Of a DNA stretch of 64,000 nucleotides, positions 51,401-63,760 are shown one piece after another (within the stretch, counting starts at the first letter, position 1; the number at the start of each line of letters is the position of its first letter). The position numbers and the translations under genes were made by a program. The stretch spans positions 57,536,001 through 57,600,000 of the forward strand of contig NC_092345.1 of the NCBI RefSeq assembly GCF_963676685.1, read 5' to 3'. The notes under the pieces are model-generated. The model saw nothing but the letters and a program-made list of their open reading frames with translations, did not search any database and was not told the origin of the DNA. Origin of the DNA: Mytilus edulis (Eukaryota).

Positions 51401-54400
51401 AGTAAACCTTCGAAAATATATAGTTGCTATACATTTTTACTCAATATATATCTCATTTATCTCAACAGTCCAACTTATCACGAGAAGTTGTATTTCTATG
51501 TCGAATGAACTGAAATAATAAGCATACACTGTTTTGTCCAGAAGGTTAATTGTGTAAACTTTGAATTTAGCTTTAATTAATTTTTAAAAATATGCACAGG
51601 AAATGTTGTCAGACGAAATTTGATATTGGAAATATTCGCTCCTTCAATAATAGTCAGCGTTAATCGGTTAGAAGGTCAATACATAAAAAAAAAGTAAAAC
51701 AAATTATATGCACATTTTTATGTACATTAATACGTTTAAAGTTTTTGGAAGGTGTGGAAAAAAGAACGATTAACTTGCTGAATGCTACGGTAGTGTCTAC
51801 TTCTAAACGTTGTAATTTAATAATGTGATTTCTTAATTGCACTCCAGCATTGGGAATATGTCTTTTTTATGCTTCTTTTCTCTAGATCTGAAGGTTTTCC
51901 ATATTTAAATCATATGATACTTTAAAATTAGCCCACCTAATTGAAAAGAGGTATAACTTGTACGAAGACTTTTAACAGAAAATTCTTTAATTTATCAAAG
52001 TCTATTGAATTATTGTCTTCCTGTTTTCTATATATATGCTGTGAAATTAACCATGACATTTCCGCCGGTAGTCGTCCAAAGCTAGTTCAAAGGTTAGATC
52101 AGGGACGGCAGAATAAGTAAACAAACGTGGAAGAAATACAGAACTAACAAATTGGGAAAGAAATCTCTAAAAAAATACCAAATAAACTAGTATGATAAGT
52201 TTTTTTTTTACAAATGGAATCACACGAAGAAGAAAAAGCATCTAAACATCCCTCTATCAATTCATTTGTCTCTCACAATCTCCATGTTTTTGTCACAATC
52301 TGCTTTGATTGTTTATCAAGGTAATCTACGACAAAAAAACACAGAAAGTAAATAAGCATCAAAAGTTTTCCCAAAATAATCATCGAATGCAATTTATTTC
52401 AATGGTTATGCGTTATAGATTCGAAGTAAATGTGAAATAAAGTGCACAGATGACTTGGAATAGTATATGCATGCATTGGTTTAATAATGTGAATTTTCCT
52501 TAACATTATAACATCAGAAACCTGTGTTACATGACTAAAATTTACACATATAATTTAATACTATACACTTGAATTTTTTATCTGGAAAACGTTTACTTAT
52601 TTTTTTCATGGATAATAGTTTGTAGAGTTTATTTTATATATTAAACCATGTAACCATGAAAATTTGACATTGACCTAGAAAATTTGTTTTGACGTCATGT
52701 AGGGTGCATTACTATTACAATTGGGCGTAAAAAACAACACATTTACGCAAAGCTTTAATTATGTTTGTGCTCAATCATTACAAAGGTTGATATAGTTAAA
52801 ATTGATGAAATATCAAGATATGAATATGAATTAATTATATCAATGTATATCTGTTTTTCTTTTCTTTCTTTCTAATTTCTGCATATAACTGCCAATTTGT
52901 TAAGTCTTTTTAACTTGATATATGTTGTTTTTTTGAATTTTTTAGATAATTTCAAGAGTAACAAAATGGATTAATACGATGAATAAATTTGTCCCGGCCA
53001 TTGGAAGATCGTATAGCCTTTTTTGATTATAAGGATGCATAAAACAATGTTTACTCTTATATATGGAAATTAAAGGATAGTGAATGGAAAATGTAGTTTA
53101 TAAAGCATTTATTGGAATTGTAATCGAAAATATGAAAAATATTTAACATTAGATCTCTTTTTTGTACGTATATATCCTAACTTGTCGATTTTTTCCCTTT
53201 TTTACCTGTAAAGATACGCGCAAATTCAAAAACAAATCTTGTTTGCTCTTTGTGAGAAATAAATACTTACCAAATGCGCGCACAAGTGTAATGTGCTTGT
53301 CTTTTAAAGGTTGCATTCTAAAGAATACTGTATTCACAATGTAATGTGTAATTTTATATATTATCAGTAATGGCATTTATTGTATGTATAAATTGAAAAT
53401 GGATGAATATATTTTTCATTTTTATTTATTGTTCATCGTTATCATGTATTATAAATTATCATCAAACCATTCTCAAAATAATTCATTGTTTTGTTATAAA
53501 AAAATTATCATCAATAGTTTCTATTTGTTCTTTTAACTTATTTTAGAGATAATTGAAGATATTTGAACAACTTAAATATAAAAAATACAGAACTCCGAGG
53601 AAAATTCAAAACAAAAAGTCCATAATCAAATGGCAAAACCAAAAGCTCAAACACATAGAACGTATGGATAACATCTGTCATATTCCGAGCTTGGAACAAT
53701 CATGTTCTTATGTAGAAGATGGGGGTTTCAACATGGTTTTATAGCGAGAAATAAATTATTATTCTGGAGTAGAAATCATACTCGACGAGATGGTCGTCAT
53801 ACTTGTTGTAGTTTGTCTTTTCAGTCTGTGTTTAAATTCGCATCGAATATGCTGCGACGTCTCGCCTAATTTTTGAATATGAGCAAACATTTTTTCTCTA
53901 TTGTTTTTAGACATGGATAACATAAGATTACAAAGATGCAGAATGGATTTAATTGATTTAAAAAAAACAGAGCACGTATCACCAGTAATAAAAAAACATT
54001 GTCGTTTTACTATGGAAGTGGACGAAATAATGAGATATCGGACGCATACCACCATCCTTACAATGAAATTGTTCTCTGATATTTTCCTGGGTAAAATTTC
54101 CTCTGTTAAGTGAGGAAAATTCTTGATATTTTAAAGCATTTGTTGAATGGTTTGATAAAATTTCCTTTTTGAAGAACGCGCGTGGATGGTGGTTAATGAA
54201 TATATTGAATAAAACTATCCAATTTGGGATTACTGAAACGGATGTGACAGATGTATAGGTGTTGAGGAACAGCTAAAATAAATTGGCCCTGTTTGAAATT
54301 TGCCACCATATCCACAATAAGTTAAGTAACACCAATTTCCAGATTTTCTTGCCCAGGACTGCCTTGTTTTTCATTGTAGTTATGATATTCAAGACGAGGT

Positions 54401-55047
54401 CTAATAGTTTGTGGAGAAGTTATTGCATACTTCGGTTCATGTGAAGTATTAATTGTTCCAATTGGGTTACAAACTAACCTACGTTCATCTGGCCCGATTC
54501 TTCTATGAATTGTAGCCATTGGATTATAATGCTTTCCTTCAAACGGACGCAAATGTTTTGGAGTTTCAAAAGTTTGTGACGTAGTTGTTAGACAGTTCGA
54601 TATATATAAATTAGCAAACTACCGTAAACCTGTATCCTTGTCAACTTTCCATGAGGAAGTTGAATCAAATGAATGATCACTCGACTCGTATATTATTTAG
54701 AGGTCATTATTAATATTTGCATTTTAGGCTTTTAACTGGATAACTGAAATAGATTTGGAAACTGAACTTGGAAAAATAAATATAGGTTTTATTACATCAT
54801 AAGATCCAATGTTACCGATTCAGACTCTTCGTGCGACCCTTGATCATTCACGATAGAGGAGTTTTTAGAAAATTGTAGATCAGCTCTTTTTTTCTGTCTT
54901 TTTTACTTGCATAGAAAAGAACGACGAAAATCTTTCATCTTTATACATGATACCTATATTCACAAAAATCCTTAAACATTTCGATAAAAAGCCGGGTCGT
55001 CAATTGCAAGGTGTTCAACTAGACATCTTTCTAAAGTGATACCCACC

Positions 55048-56088
55048 ATTATATGTCCCATCTAGGGGCAGTATGGTTTTTCGGTCTGTGTGTCCGGTCG
55101 TTGGTCCGTTCGTTTGATCGTCTGTCCCACTTCAGGTTAAAGTTTTTGGTCAAGCTAGTGTTTGATCAAATTGAAGTCCAATCAACTTGAAACTTAATAA
55201 AATTGAGAATGGAAATGGGGAATGTGCCAAAGAGACAACAACCCGACCATAGAGCAGACAACAGCAGAAGGTCACCAACAGGTCTTCAATACAACGAGAA
55301 ATTCTCGCACCCGGAGGCGTCCTTCAGCTGGCCCCTAAACAAATATATACTGGTTCAGTGATAATGAACACCATACTAAACTCCAAATTGTACACAAGAA
55401 ACTAAAAGTTAAAATAATACAAGACTAACAAAGGCCAGAGGCTCCTGACTTGGGACAGGCGCAAAAATGCGGCGGGGTTAAACATGTTTGTGAGATCTCA
55501 ACCCTCCCCTATACCTCTAGCCAATGAAAAATAAACGCATAACAATACGTACATTAAAATTCAGTTCAAGAGAAGTCCGAGTCTGATGTCAGAAGATGTA
55601 ACCAAAGAAAATAAACAAAATGACAATAATACATAAATAACACCAGACTACTAGCAGTTAACTGACATGCCAGCTCCGGACCTCAATTAAACTGATTGAA
55701 AAATTATGTCTTCATCATATGAATATCAGGCATAATCCTCCCCGTGAGGGGTTTAGTATCATACCATCATAACATATATGAGAAGAACATAACCCGTGTC
55801 ATGCCAACAAATGGTTTATTAATAATAAATGTGTTTAGTTCCGATGCAAAGACCCTATAAGTGAATCAATATTAACGCCAAAATATGCAATCTTTAATGA
55901 CCTGACAACAGTATCGTAACTATATCCCTTCTTAATAAGTCTATTTAAAGGTTTTGTTAGCTTCTTAGTTTACATGCTCCCCATGTTTTGATCTTTCTAA
56001 TTTTAATCATCCCAATATCATGGTCCACTGAACATAGAAATTGATAGTGCGAGTTGGGCATCCTTGAACTAGTGACATTCTTCTTCTT
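55048..56088 (+). mobile_element. Helentron-like element interrupted by a second insertion
   Basis: 5' gtcc/gttc microsatellite-like tract; 5' half ends gaaactta (55196) and resumes gtttacatg (55968). Confidence 0.6.
55197..55967 (-). mobile_element. Penelope-related 3'-end fragment inserted with a CTTA duplication
   Basis: Shares aggctcctgacttgggacaggc..ggcggggttaaacatgtt..caaccctcccct with the PLE tail at 57800-57885. An inverted partial copy lies at about 18620-18750. Confidence 0.65.
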
Positions 56089-57258
56089 ATACTTAAATAG
56101 ATGGCTTCCAGATAAATTGGGATAACGTTTTTTTTTTAAATTTCAATCAGAGGTAGCAAAACTCATCAATGATCCTCGATTCAGAAGAGCTGGCTTACCT
56201 TAATCAAATACAGAGTTAAAAACCGTTATTTACCGAAAAAATAATGAAGTTGATCCAAATACGACAAAGGCAATCTATATATGCGGTAGAAAAACCTTAG
56301 TGATATGAATGTTTGAACATTTGGCATCAACCAAGTGGTTATTGACACTCGGCAAAGGTACCAGGTCCCCAATTACTGGACATCACAAAAGTACCCGTAA
56401 AATTTTGACGTAATAGAAAATATCTGACGCCACAATGGATAAGTGATATTTGTATGACGTCAAATGTCCACACTGGACAGATTTCCAAATAGCGATTAGC
56501 TAGGTGTAATTAAAAGATGTACAATCTTTACGATTAGCATTAAACAAAAGTTTTGATTGTGTACGCTTTACACGTACCCATACTAAATTTTTGAGTTGAC
56601 CCATCGTCTCATTAAATGGAACTTTTTCTGTAAAGTGGTACTTGTTCATTCCTTATTTTATTGTATGCTAAATCATTTGTGAAAACCACTTTGATTATAT
56701 CAACAAAATCATCAACGGCTGGAATTGTTTTATGCACCACAAAATTCCAATGGTTATAAATGTGCACCCTCCTTGAAGATTTTTGTATTCATGTGAAGCA
56801 GAATTCAATTCTCAAAGACAATTAGAACAAAATTCTTGCAAAGTTCTTTGATTTCCGTTTCTGATATATTGATCATGTCCTGTCACTCAATTACCCATAT
56901 TTCAGTGCTTGAATCTCGTAACTAGCAAATTTATGATAAAGGATACTTTGGAAATAAGAAGGTTCTTATTTTGAACTTCCTTGATAACGATATAGATTTA
57001 GGAACAAGAATCCATTACAAACGTAATTATTTCAACTTCCCAATTGACAGCACATTTTCCCAAGCAGTAACCTACAGTTTGCCCAATCTTATGGTGTTCA
57101 CATGTTTCACCAAATACGCTACGCTTGTGCATCTTCACCTTGAACTGACTTCATAAACAAAGATGAACTGCTTACACAAGAATTAAACCAAGTAATATGA
57201 GGACGAACGACTGAAATGGACACTATTAAATGGTCAAATCAGAATTTGTTGACCAATA

Positions 57259-57519
57259 GTTATCAAAGGTACCAGGATTATAATTTAATACGCCAGACGC
57301 GCGTTTCGTTTACATAAGACTCATCAGTGACGCTCAGATCAAAATAGTTGTAAAGCCAAACGAGTACAAAGTTGAAGAGCATTTAGGATCCAAAATTCTA
57401 AAATGTTTTGCAAAAAAAACGGCAATGGTAATCTATTCCTGGGTGCGGACTACTGGGCTGGTAATACCTTCGGGGACGAATAGTCCACCAGCAGTGGCAT
57501 CGACCCAGTTGTGTAAATA
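57259..57519 (-). mobile_element. 261-bp non-coding retrozyme-like insert flanked by an AATA duplication
   Basis: AATA at 57255-57258 and 57516-57519. Removing the insert restores GAC CAA TAC GAT GTA (DQYDV) of the host RT remnant. Contains a hammerhead motif. Confidence 0.75.
57290..57333 (-). ncRNA. Minimal type I hammerhead ribozyme
   Basis: Minus strand GCGUCA-CUGAUGA-GUCUUAUGUAAAC-GAAA-CGCGCG-UC/UGGCGU: intact core, stem I GCGUCA:UGGCGU, short stem III with palindromic GCGC loop, and one mismatch in stem II. Confidence 0.8.
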
Positions 57520-57542
57520 CGATGTACCTGTAGCAACTCTCT

Positions 57543-59150
57543 ATAAAAAAGAAGATGTGGTATGATTGCCAATGAGACAACTATCCACAAAAGACCAAAA
57601 TGACACAGACATTAACAACTATAGGTCACCGTACGGCCTTCAACAATGAGCAAAGCCCATACCGCATAGTCAGCTATATGAGGCCCCGATAATACAATGT
57701 AAAACAATTCAAACGACAAAACTAACAGCCTTATTTATGCAAAAAAATGAACGAAAAACAAATATGTAACACATAAACAAACGACAACCACTGAATATAC
57801 AGGCTCCTGTTTTGGGACAGGCACATACATAAATAATGTGGCGGGGTTAAACATGTTAGCGGGATCCCAACCCTCCCCCTAACCTGGGACAGTGGTATAA
57901 CAGTACAACATAAAAACGAACTATAAAAATCAGTTGAAAAAGGCTTAACTCATCAGATGGACAAAAATATAAGTGGACGTGGCCGGGTACTTATACATCC
58001 CGACACAAAAAGACACAATGAACAGATCTGAGAGTACTCGCAGTTATCTGACAGCTAGTTCAAAGCCACTAACAACTAATAAAAAAATCATGCATCTAAG
58101 ACTAAACTATCAATCCGTACAACATCCAATGGATTTAGTGTAAAGACATCATAAACAGCCAGAGAAAAAACATGACCTTGTGCAATGCCAAGTTACAGGT
58201 ATCGACAGATTGTAGATCCATGAATATGTATATATATAACATACTAGTAAAATTTAGTTAGCTTTTAATCTACTGATAACAAAATCAATATTTATTCCAA
58301 TAAAAACAATATTCAATGATCTTATTACGGTGTTGAATAGGTAACCTTTTAGAATAAGTTTTTTTAAAGGAGCGACAAGTTTACATGGATCATTTCTAAA
58401 TTTCCGGGTACGGTTAACAACATTTCCGTAAAAATGAGGATGTGCTATCCCGTTTGAAATAAGTTTTCTACAGGTACATCCAAACTTCAAAACCAAATCT
58501 TTATATCTATGGAAAAATTTAGTAAAGGTTTTCAGTAATTTATGGTAACGATATCCCTGGTTTAATAATTTACCAAATATACATAGGTTGCGATCGTTAA
58601 AATCAAAAACGTCACAACAGACACGGGCATAGCGAACAAGTTGTGAAATATAAACACCGTAAGATGGTACCAAAGGAACATCACCATCTAAAAATGGAAA
58701 ATTAACAATAGGGAACGAAAAATCGTCTCTTTTGTCGTAAATTTTAGTGTGGAGTTTCCCATTTAAAACCGAAATATCTAAATCCAGGAAAGGACAGTTA
58801 TTACCGAATAAATTTGATTTATTTAAAGTAAGTTCCTTGGGGTAAATTTCAGCAGTATATTGAGAAAATTCTTGATTATTTAACGAAAAAATATCATCAA
58901 GATAACGCTAAGTGTTGTTGAATTTATCAATTAAATGCAATTTCGACGGGTCTTTACTGAGTTTAGTCATAAACTGTGATTCGTAACAGTACAAAAACAA
59001 GTCTACTATTAAAGGGGCACAATTAGTGCCCATGGGGATATCTACAACCTGTTGATAAACTTTGTTGCCGAAACGTACATAAATATTATCAAGAAGAAAA
59101 TTAACAGCTTCAATCATCTCATCACACCTCCAGTAAGTATATCTGCCGAC
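57543..59150 (-). mobile_element. Penelope-like retroelement copy (RT remnant plus about 710-nt 3' region)
   Basis: RT remnant followed by a non-coding tail. Its terminus (aaaagaagatgtggtatgattgccaatgagacaact on +) recurs as solo fragments near 1560, 15661 and 25222. Confidence 0.8.
58254..59150 (-). pseudogene. 5'-truncated Penelope-like reverse transcriptase (RT at the ORF C-terminus, Naiad-like), one in-frame stop
   Basis: ORFs 58908-59117 and 58254-58673 share a frame: IPMGTNCAPLIVDLFL..NNT*RYLDD..FLDLDI..KIYDKRDDFSFPIVNFPFL..SYGVYISQLVRYAR. TAG at 58908-58910. No GIY-YIG follows the RT. Confidence 0.88.
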
Positions 59151-61663
59151 TTATTTTGCAATCTATCTTGGAATACCAGAATCGCCTGAACGGGGATTCA
59201 CATGGTGGTTTTTACATGCATTTTCGGACATGTTTACCTAATCGACAAACCAGGTGTTCCCCATTGTTCGTTTGTTACCTTGTGTAACTAGTGTAAATTG
59301 TAGGGATCTCAAACGTTTTTTCTCCAATGCTATTGCACGAATAAAAGAACTTAGTTTGTATGTCTTCTAACATTTATTAGGAGTTTTTGAATATCCACAT
59401 CTGATAATCAACACCTCTCCTAAGAAAGACGTCTACAGTTAATATGGTTTTAATTGGTGATAAAAACACATATTGTACAATGAATTGGAAAGGGTCTCAT
59501 AGAGCGTTTGGTATACCCCAAAAATATAACTTTGTTTGTTACATTAGGACCCATATGTATGTGACTTCGGTTTTCCAGTACAATAAACGAAAATCCACTC
59601 CTTCATTTGTTATGGATATTCCAAAATAACATAGATCATATTATGGGATTGGTAAACGCCCGTAATATACTGAATTGGGTGTTTCAATAGTATTGTTTCC
59701 GTAATTGCTCTTGATTATTTTAATGGCATAAATATTAAGCATACATTTTGATTGATGATATCGATCTTTATATTAAATTAAATTTTACATTTAAATATTG
59801 AACATAACAAAATAACAAGCTAATATACAGACTAAGTAACAATTATAGGCTTTTAGTGATATTTAAAACAAATTCGATTTACCAGAATAAATGCTTCTAG
59901 AATGTATGCTTAATTTTGATGTTGATTGAATTCTCACGTTTAGAACAATTCGAGCGATGAACACTTTGTTTTTGTAGCTATTGATGTTTGACTGAGTCAT
60001 GGACTAATTTATAGTGAGTTTTCTGTTTATCACCAATGAACAATCAAAACCTATTGAAAACGCGTAAAACAGAAAGGGGGTTGAATAGTTCAGTCCGTGA
60101 TAAATATCAAAACTGCGTCTTGAATATTAACTTGACTGCTAAAATTCTATACAAATATGATTAAGAAAAACTTTTGATCGAATTTAAGATTTCAATGAAC
60201 GTTACATGCGTATATCTGATTAAATTATGTTTAATATCATAAATTACTTGAACACATTGTACTGTATTCCTCCTTACACGAATTTGGGTTTGAAGTTTGG
60301 CAATACTTGTAGATAGTTTTATTAAAACAGGATACACTATCTCATACTACAGAAAGGTTGTTTATGAAGTCCGTACTAGTATACATTTAGAAACGATACA
60401 TGTTAACTCATTTATGATTTGAATAAACCTGTTCTAAATGGATACCAAGTCAATAGTTACTGTAGATAGATCTTTTGAATATTGGTTTTACTCATATTTC
60501 GGTAATGCACGAGTTCATTATTTTCCTCACATTGATAATGACGTCTTTATAATAAATCTGTTGAATGTGTACTGATTAATACTTTAGAATGGGGATTTTT
60601 TTTAATTAACCTCTAGCGGTTTTAAACTGGTTTCCAGTAATTGCAAGTACCCTTGGATCAATATTTTGTGTATTTTGCCTTGTGGATAGTATTTTTGTCA
60701 TTTCATGTTTCAAGCCTTTTCCAACTGATTTTTAAAGTTAATGGCATATGTTGTACCGTTAAACTTTGAGCGCTCATGATCTTTTTTAAGGCCAACAACA
60801 TTATATATATGTCTTTCCTAGGTAGAAGCATGTTATGAAGTGGTTGCTGTCCATCATATTTGTTTTCGTTTATTGTTTATCATTGTTTTATAAGTCGGGC
60901 TGCTTTTTGTTTTGAATTGATTCAAATTTCTTGTCAGTACATTTTATAGCTGACTATACGGTATGGTTGTGCTCATTGACGAAGGCTGTTAGGGGACTTA
61001 TCTATACTTAAAATCACGTTATTTAGATACTTTAGAAAATTATCTCATTCATTCATTCATAGCATTAACGTTCAAAATATGAAAATATTCAGTACATTCA
61101 GTACATTCTGTTTTATATTCATAATTTTTAAACAACGTTATATTCGTTATCCCACATATAAATATATATTAACCGATATCTGTGTTTCCCGTCAATGAAT
61201 GCGCGCAAATGATAAAAAAACATTATGTGCATTAGTAAAAGGGAATAAATCCCGAAACGCCCGCAAACATAATGTGCCCATTCATTCGTTCGAGGTAACG
61301 CACGATAAACATGCATGTGTACGACTTATGGCATTATACAACCTGCGAAGATGTGATTAGAAGGAAGCTGATTATAACAATTATGAAGTCTTTGTCATAT
61401 ATTTGAATTTCGATGTGACATACTATGTTGTACTGAGTTTCATCTCATTACTAATCTAAATGGAATGCATCGCTTTAGATAAAGAAAATATGTGAATTCA
61501 TTTATTTTTAGTGAATAGCAATTTTCGTGGATTGAAGAGAAGATGCATTTTCGTGAACATTTGATTTCAATGTTTTGCAACAATCTGTATGCAAGCCTCC
61601 AGAAAACTTATTTAGAAATAATATTTAAATTCGCCTGTTCGCATGAAATCCACAGCATCATGT

Positions 61664-62845
61664 TTATTTCACAATAACATAAATCAAGTAGGCTATAAGC
61701 AATGCGATGAGAAGTATATATGAAATTATCATAAATAAAATGTCAAGAGTGTTTACAATGTGTTTTACAGTCAATTTCTGTTTCTTTTCCGGGTATTCCT
61801 CCTCCGTATCTACATCTTCACTAGAATAAAATACACAACAACAACATGACACAAATCGTACAAGATACGAATTGATTGACTCTATATTATCTACATTGTA
61901 ATAATATACAGTCATAATAACACCGATAACAATCACACCACTGAGTACCATTATGAGAATCATAACGAAGAGCAAGAGACACATTGGATTTGACGAAGCT
62001 GGGAGAGAGCTTGCAACTATCGTTAGAAATATAGCATATGATAACAAAATTGTCATTCCAAGTGAGACTCGCTCACCAGAGTCAACCGGAAGTAGAAACA
62101 CTAATGGGTTCATTAACGCAAACAAGATAGTAGGAACAATAATAACTACAATATAATAAACCGGTTGTCGTTTAATTGACAGTTCGAAAATAATTTCAGT
62201 GATGACGTCTTTATATCTGATATATTGTCGATTACTTGTTATATCCCAATTAGAATTTTGAGTGAAGTATGTCATTATGGTGGCGTCACCCATTGGTACA
62301 TACATGGTGTCAGTAACCTCTACACCCCACATGGCAAATACGAATTCACATGTTTGAGAATCAAATGGGAATTTCAACATATTCGAAGGACATTTTGCTT
62401 TGAATATTCCCCCAGGTGTCCAACTTACGTTTCCATTGTATTGCAGAATAGCATAGAATTGTGAATCGTCTCCAATAGGTTTTAACTCATCAACACCGTT
62501 TTCTAAATAAACATAAGGTACCCATATATCGTTTGTCGTTATTGTGATGTGTTCTTTATTTCCATATATCTTAGGGTCCCATGTAAGCCTTCTATCATTC
62601 CAGACGAAGTTGATTGCTGCTGTGAGAGAAATCGTCTCCTCCGTCTCATGAAATGAATTCATGACCAGCGGTGCTACCACAAAATTTATCTCAAGCGGCA
62701 GCGACTGATTCCATGCAGGTATTACTTCCTTCTGGTATGAATCTGTTAAGTTGTTATAAAGATTTGCAATATCATGAACAGTTTGACATTCTACGTCCAT
62801 TGAAACGACAATTAGGCACACGACATAAAGGAAAATACAACACAT
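61664..62845 (-). CDS. Intronless nicotinic acetylcholine receptor-like (Cys-loop ligand-gated ion channel) subunit, non-alpha type, 393 aa
   Basis: Signal peptide, WNDRRLTWDP, IWVP, Cys loop CPSNMLKFPFDSQTC (C-x13-C), pre-M1 KRQP, M2 'SGERVSLGMTILLSYAIFL' and four TM segments in one uninterrupted ORF. Confidence 0.95.
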   Translation of the reverse strand: MCCIFLYVVCLIVVSMDVECQTVHDIANLYNNLTDSYQKEVIPAWNQSLPLEINFVVAPLVMNSFHETEETISLTAAINFVWNDRRLTWDPKIYGNKEHITITTNDIWVPYVYLENGVDELKPIGDDSQFYAILQYNGNVSWTPGGIFKAKCPSNMLKFPFDSQTCEFVFAMWGVEVTDTMYVPMGDATIMTYFTQNSNWDITSNRQYIRYKDVITEIIFELSIKRQPVYYIVVIIVPTILFALMNPLVFLLPVDSGERVSLGMTILLSYAIFLTIVASSLPASSNPMCLLLFVMILIMVLSGVIVIGVIMTVYYYNVDNIESINSYLVRFVSCCCCVFYSSEDVDTEEEYPEKKQKLTVKHIVNTLDILFMIISYILLIALLIAYLIYVIVK

Positions 62846-63537
62846 GATGAACGAGATACTTTTGGGTAAAAACGGTAGACTAAAATTGAATTCACAGAAT
62901 AGAAAACTGTTTCCGGTTAACTTCCTTTATATTAGAATGAGTTTTAATAATTCGATCAAAAATAGTGTAGTAATCATCCATTCGTTGGTTAAAATTATGA
63001 TGTAAGATATGATTTTTATTTTTCTGAAATTCCTAGGTTTAATAATCCAGTCAAAATTAGTATAAAAAGTACCGACTCGTTGGTTAAAATTATTATTTAA
63101 TCATATTAGTTTTATTGTTGAGAAGTTCCTAGATCAAATTACAATGTATGAATGGTGAGCGGCCTTCTAAATTCATATTAACAAAACATAATCGTTCTAA
63201 CCCTGTAAATTGAACGCGGTTTGATGAATTACTTGATCTTATTATTGGGTTAAATTGTACTGTGTACCTAAATAGAAGGTTGAGTGAACAAATACAAATG
63301 AAGAGATAAAGTTAGTTATTTGAAAACTAAAAGAAATAGAGCACTTTATTAAATCCACTTTGTTTTGATGTTTTAAGAGAGAATGTGTGTATTTGTTCAC
63401 CTATTCAAACATAAAGGAAAAAATCAACGTTATGGAAAGAGAATAACCCAAAATATTTCTTTTCGTTTGAATTTGGGATTTCTCCTGTTTTAAATATAGT
63501 TGAATATATTTAAAACTGGTTATAGAAGTTGTGAATA

Positions 63538-63760
63538 AAGACAGCAGTAGTATACCGCTGTAAAAAAAGTCATAAATCGATTGAGAGATAACAAATCCGG
63601 GCTATAAACATAAACAGAGGGAAACACATAAATTATGATAGGAAAACAACGGAATAACAGAAACAGAAGTGCTACAACAAAAGAAATATCAATGGAACAT
63701 ACATTAAAACGAACTATAAGACAACACTGTAATGTTTCTGACTTGGTACAGGAACAGGTT
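63538..63760. repeat. Probable dispersed-repeat remnant
   Basis: acagcagtagtataccgctg..ctgacttggtacaggaac resembles the PLE-tail motif ctgacttgggacaggc seen elsewhere in the window. Confidence 0.4.

Larger units (their letters stand above)
56900..57542 (+). pseudogene. Older, heavily decayed Penelope-like RT C-terminal fragment, split by an insertion
   Basis: Frameshifted remnants FLDNDI..TRIHYKRNYFNFPI, SSNLQFAQSYGVHMFHQIRYACAS and ..FVDQY|DVPVA resemble the motifs of the adjacent RT. Confidence 0.65.

Noticed and set aside
53901-54113. Possible CARD/death-fold domain in the 70-aa ORF
   Set aside because: Only a vague resemblance; the conserved pattern is unconvincing and the frame is interrupted.
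57925-57960. CTGATGA...CTGA on - in the PLE tail as a hammerhead, SECIS or C/D box
   Set aside because: No GAAA or stem III, too short for a SECIS helix, and no terminal stem or guide region. Not supportable by eye.
58908-58910. Selenocysteine recoding in the PLE RT (known for some Naiad elements)
   Set aside because: The interrupting codon is TAG, not TGA. Other substitutions in conserved motifs (DIPMG, LIVDL) and the 5' truncation indicate decay.
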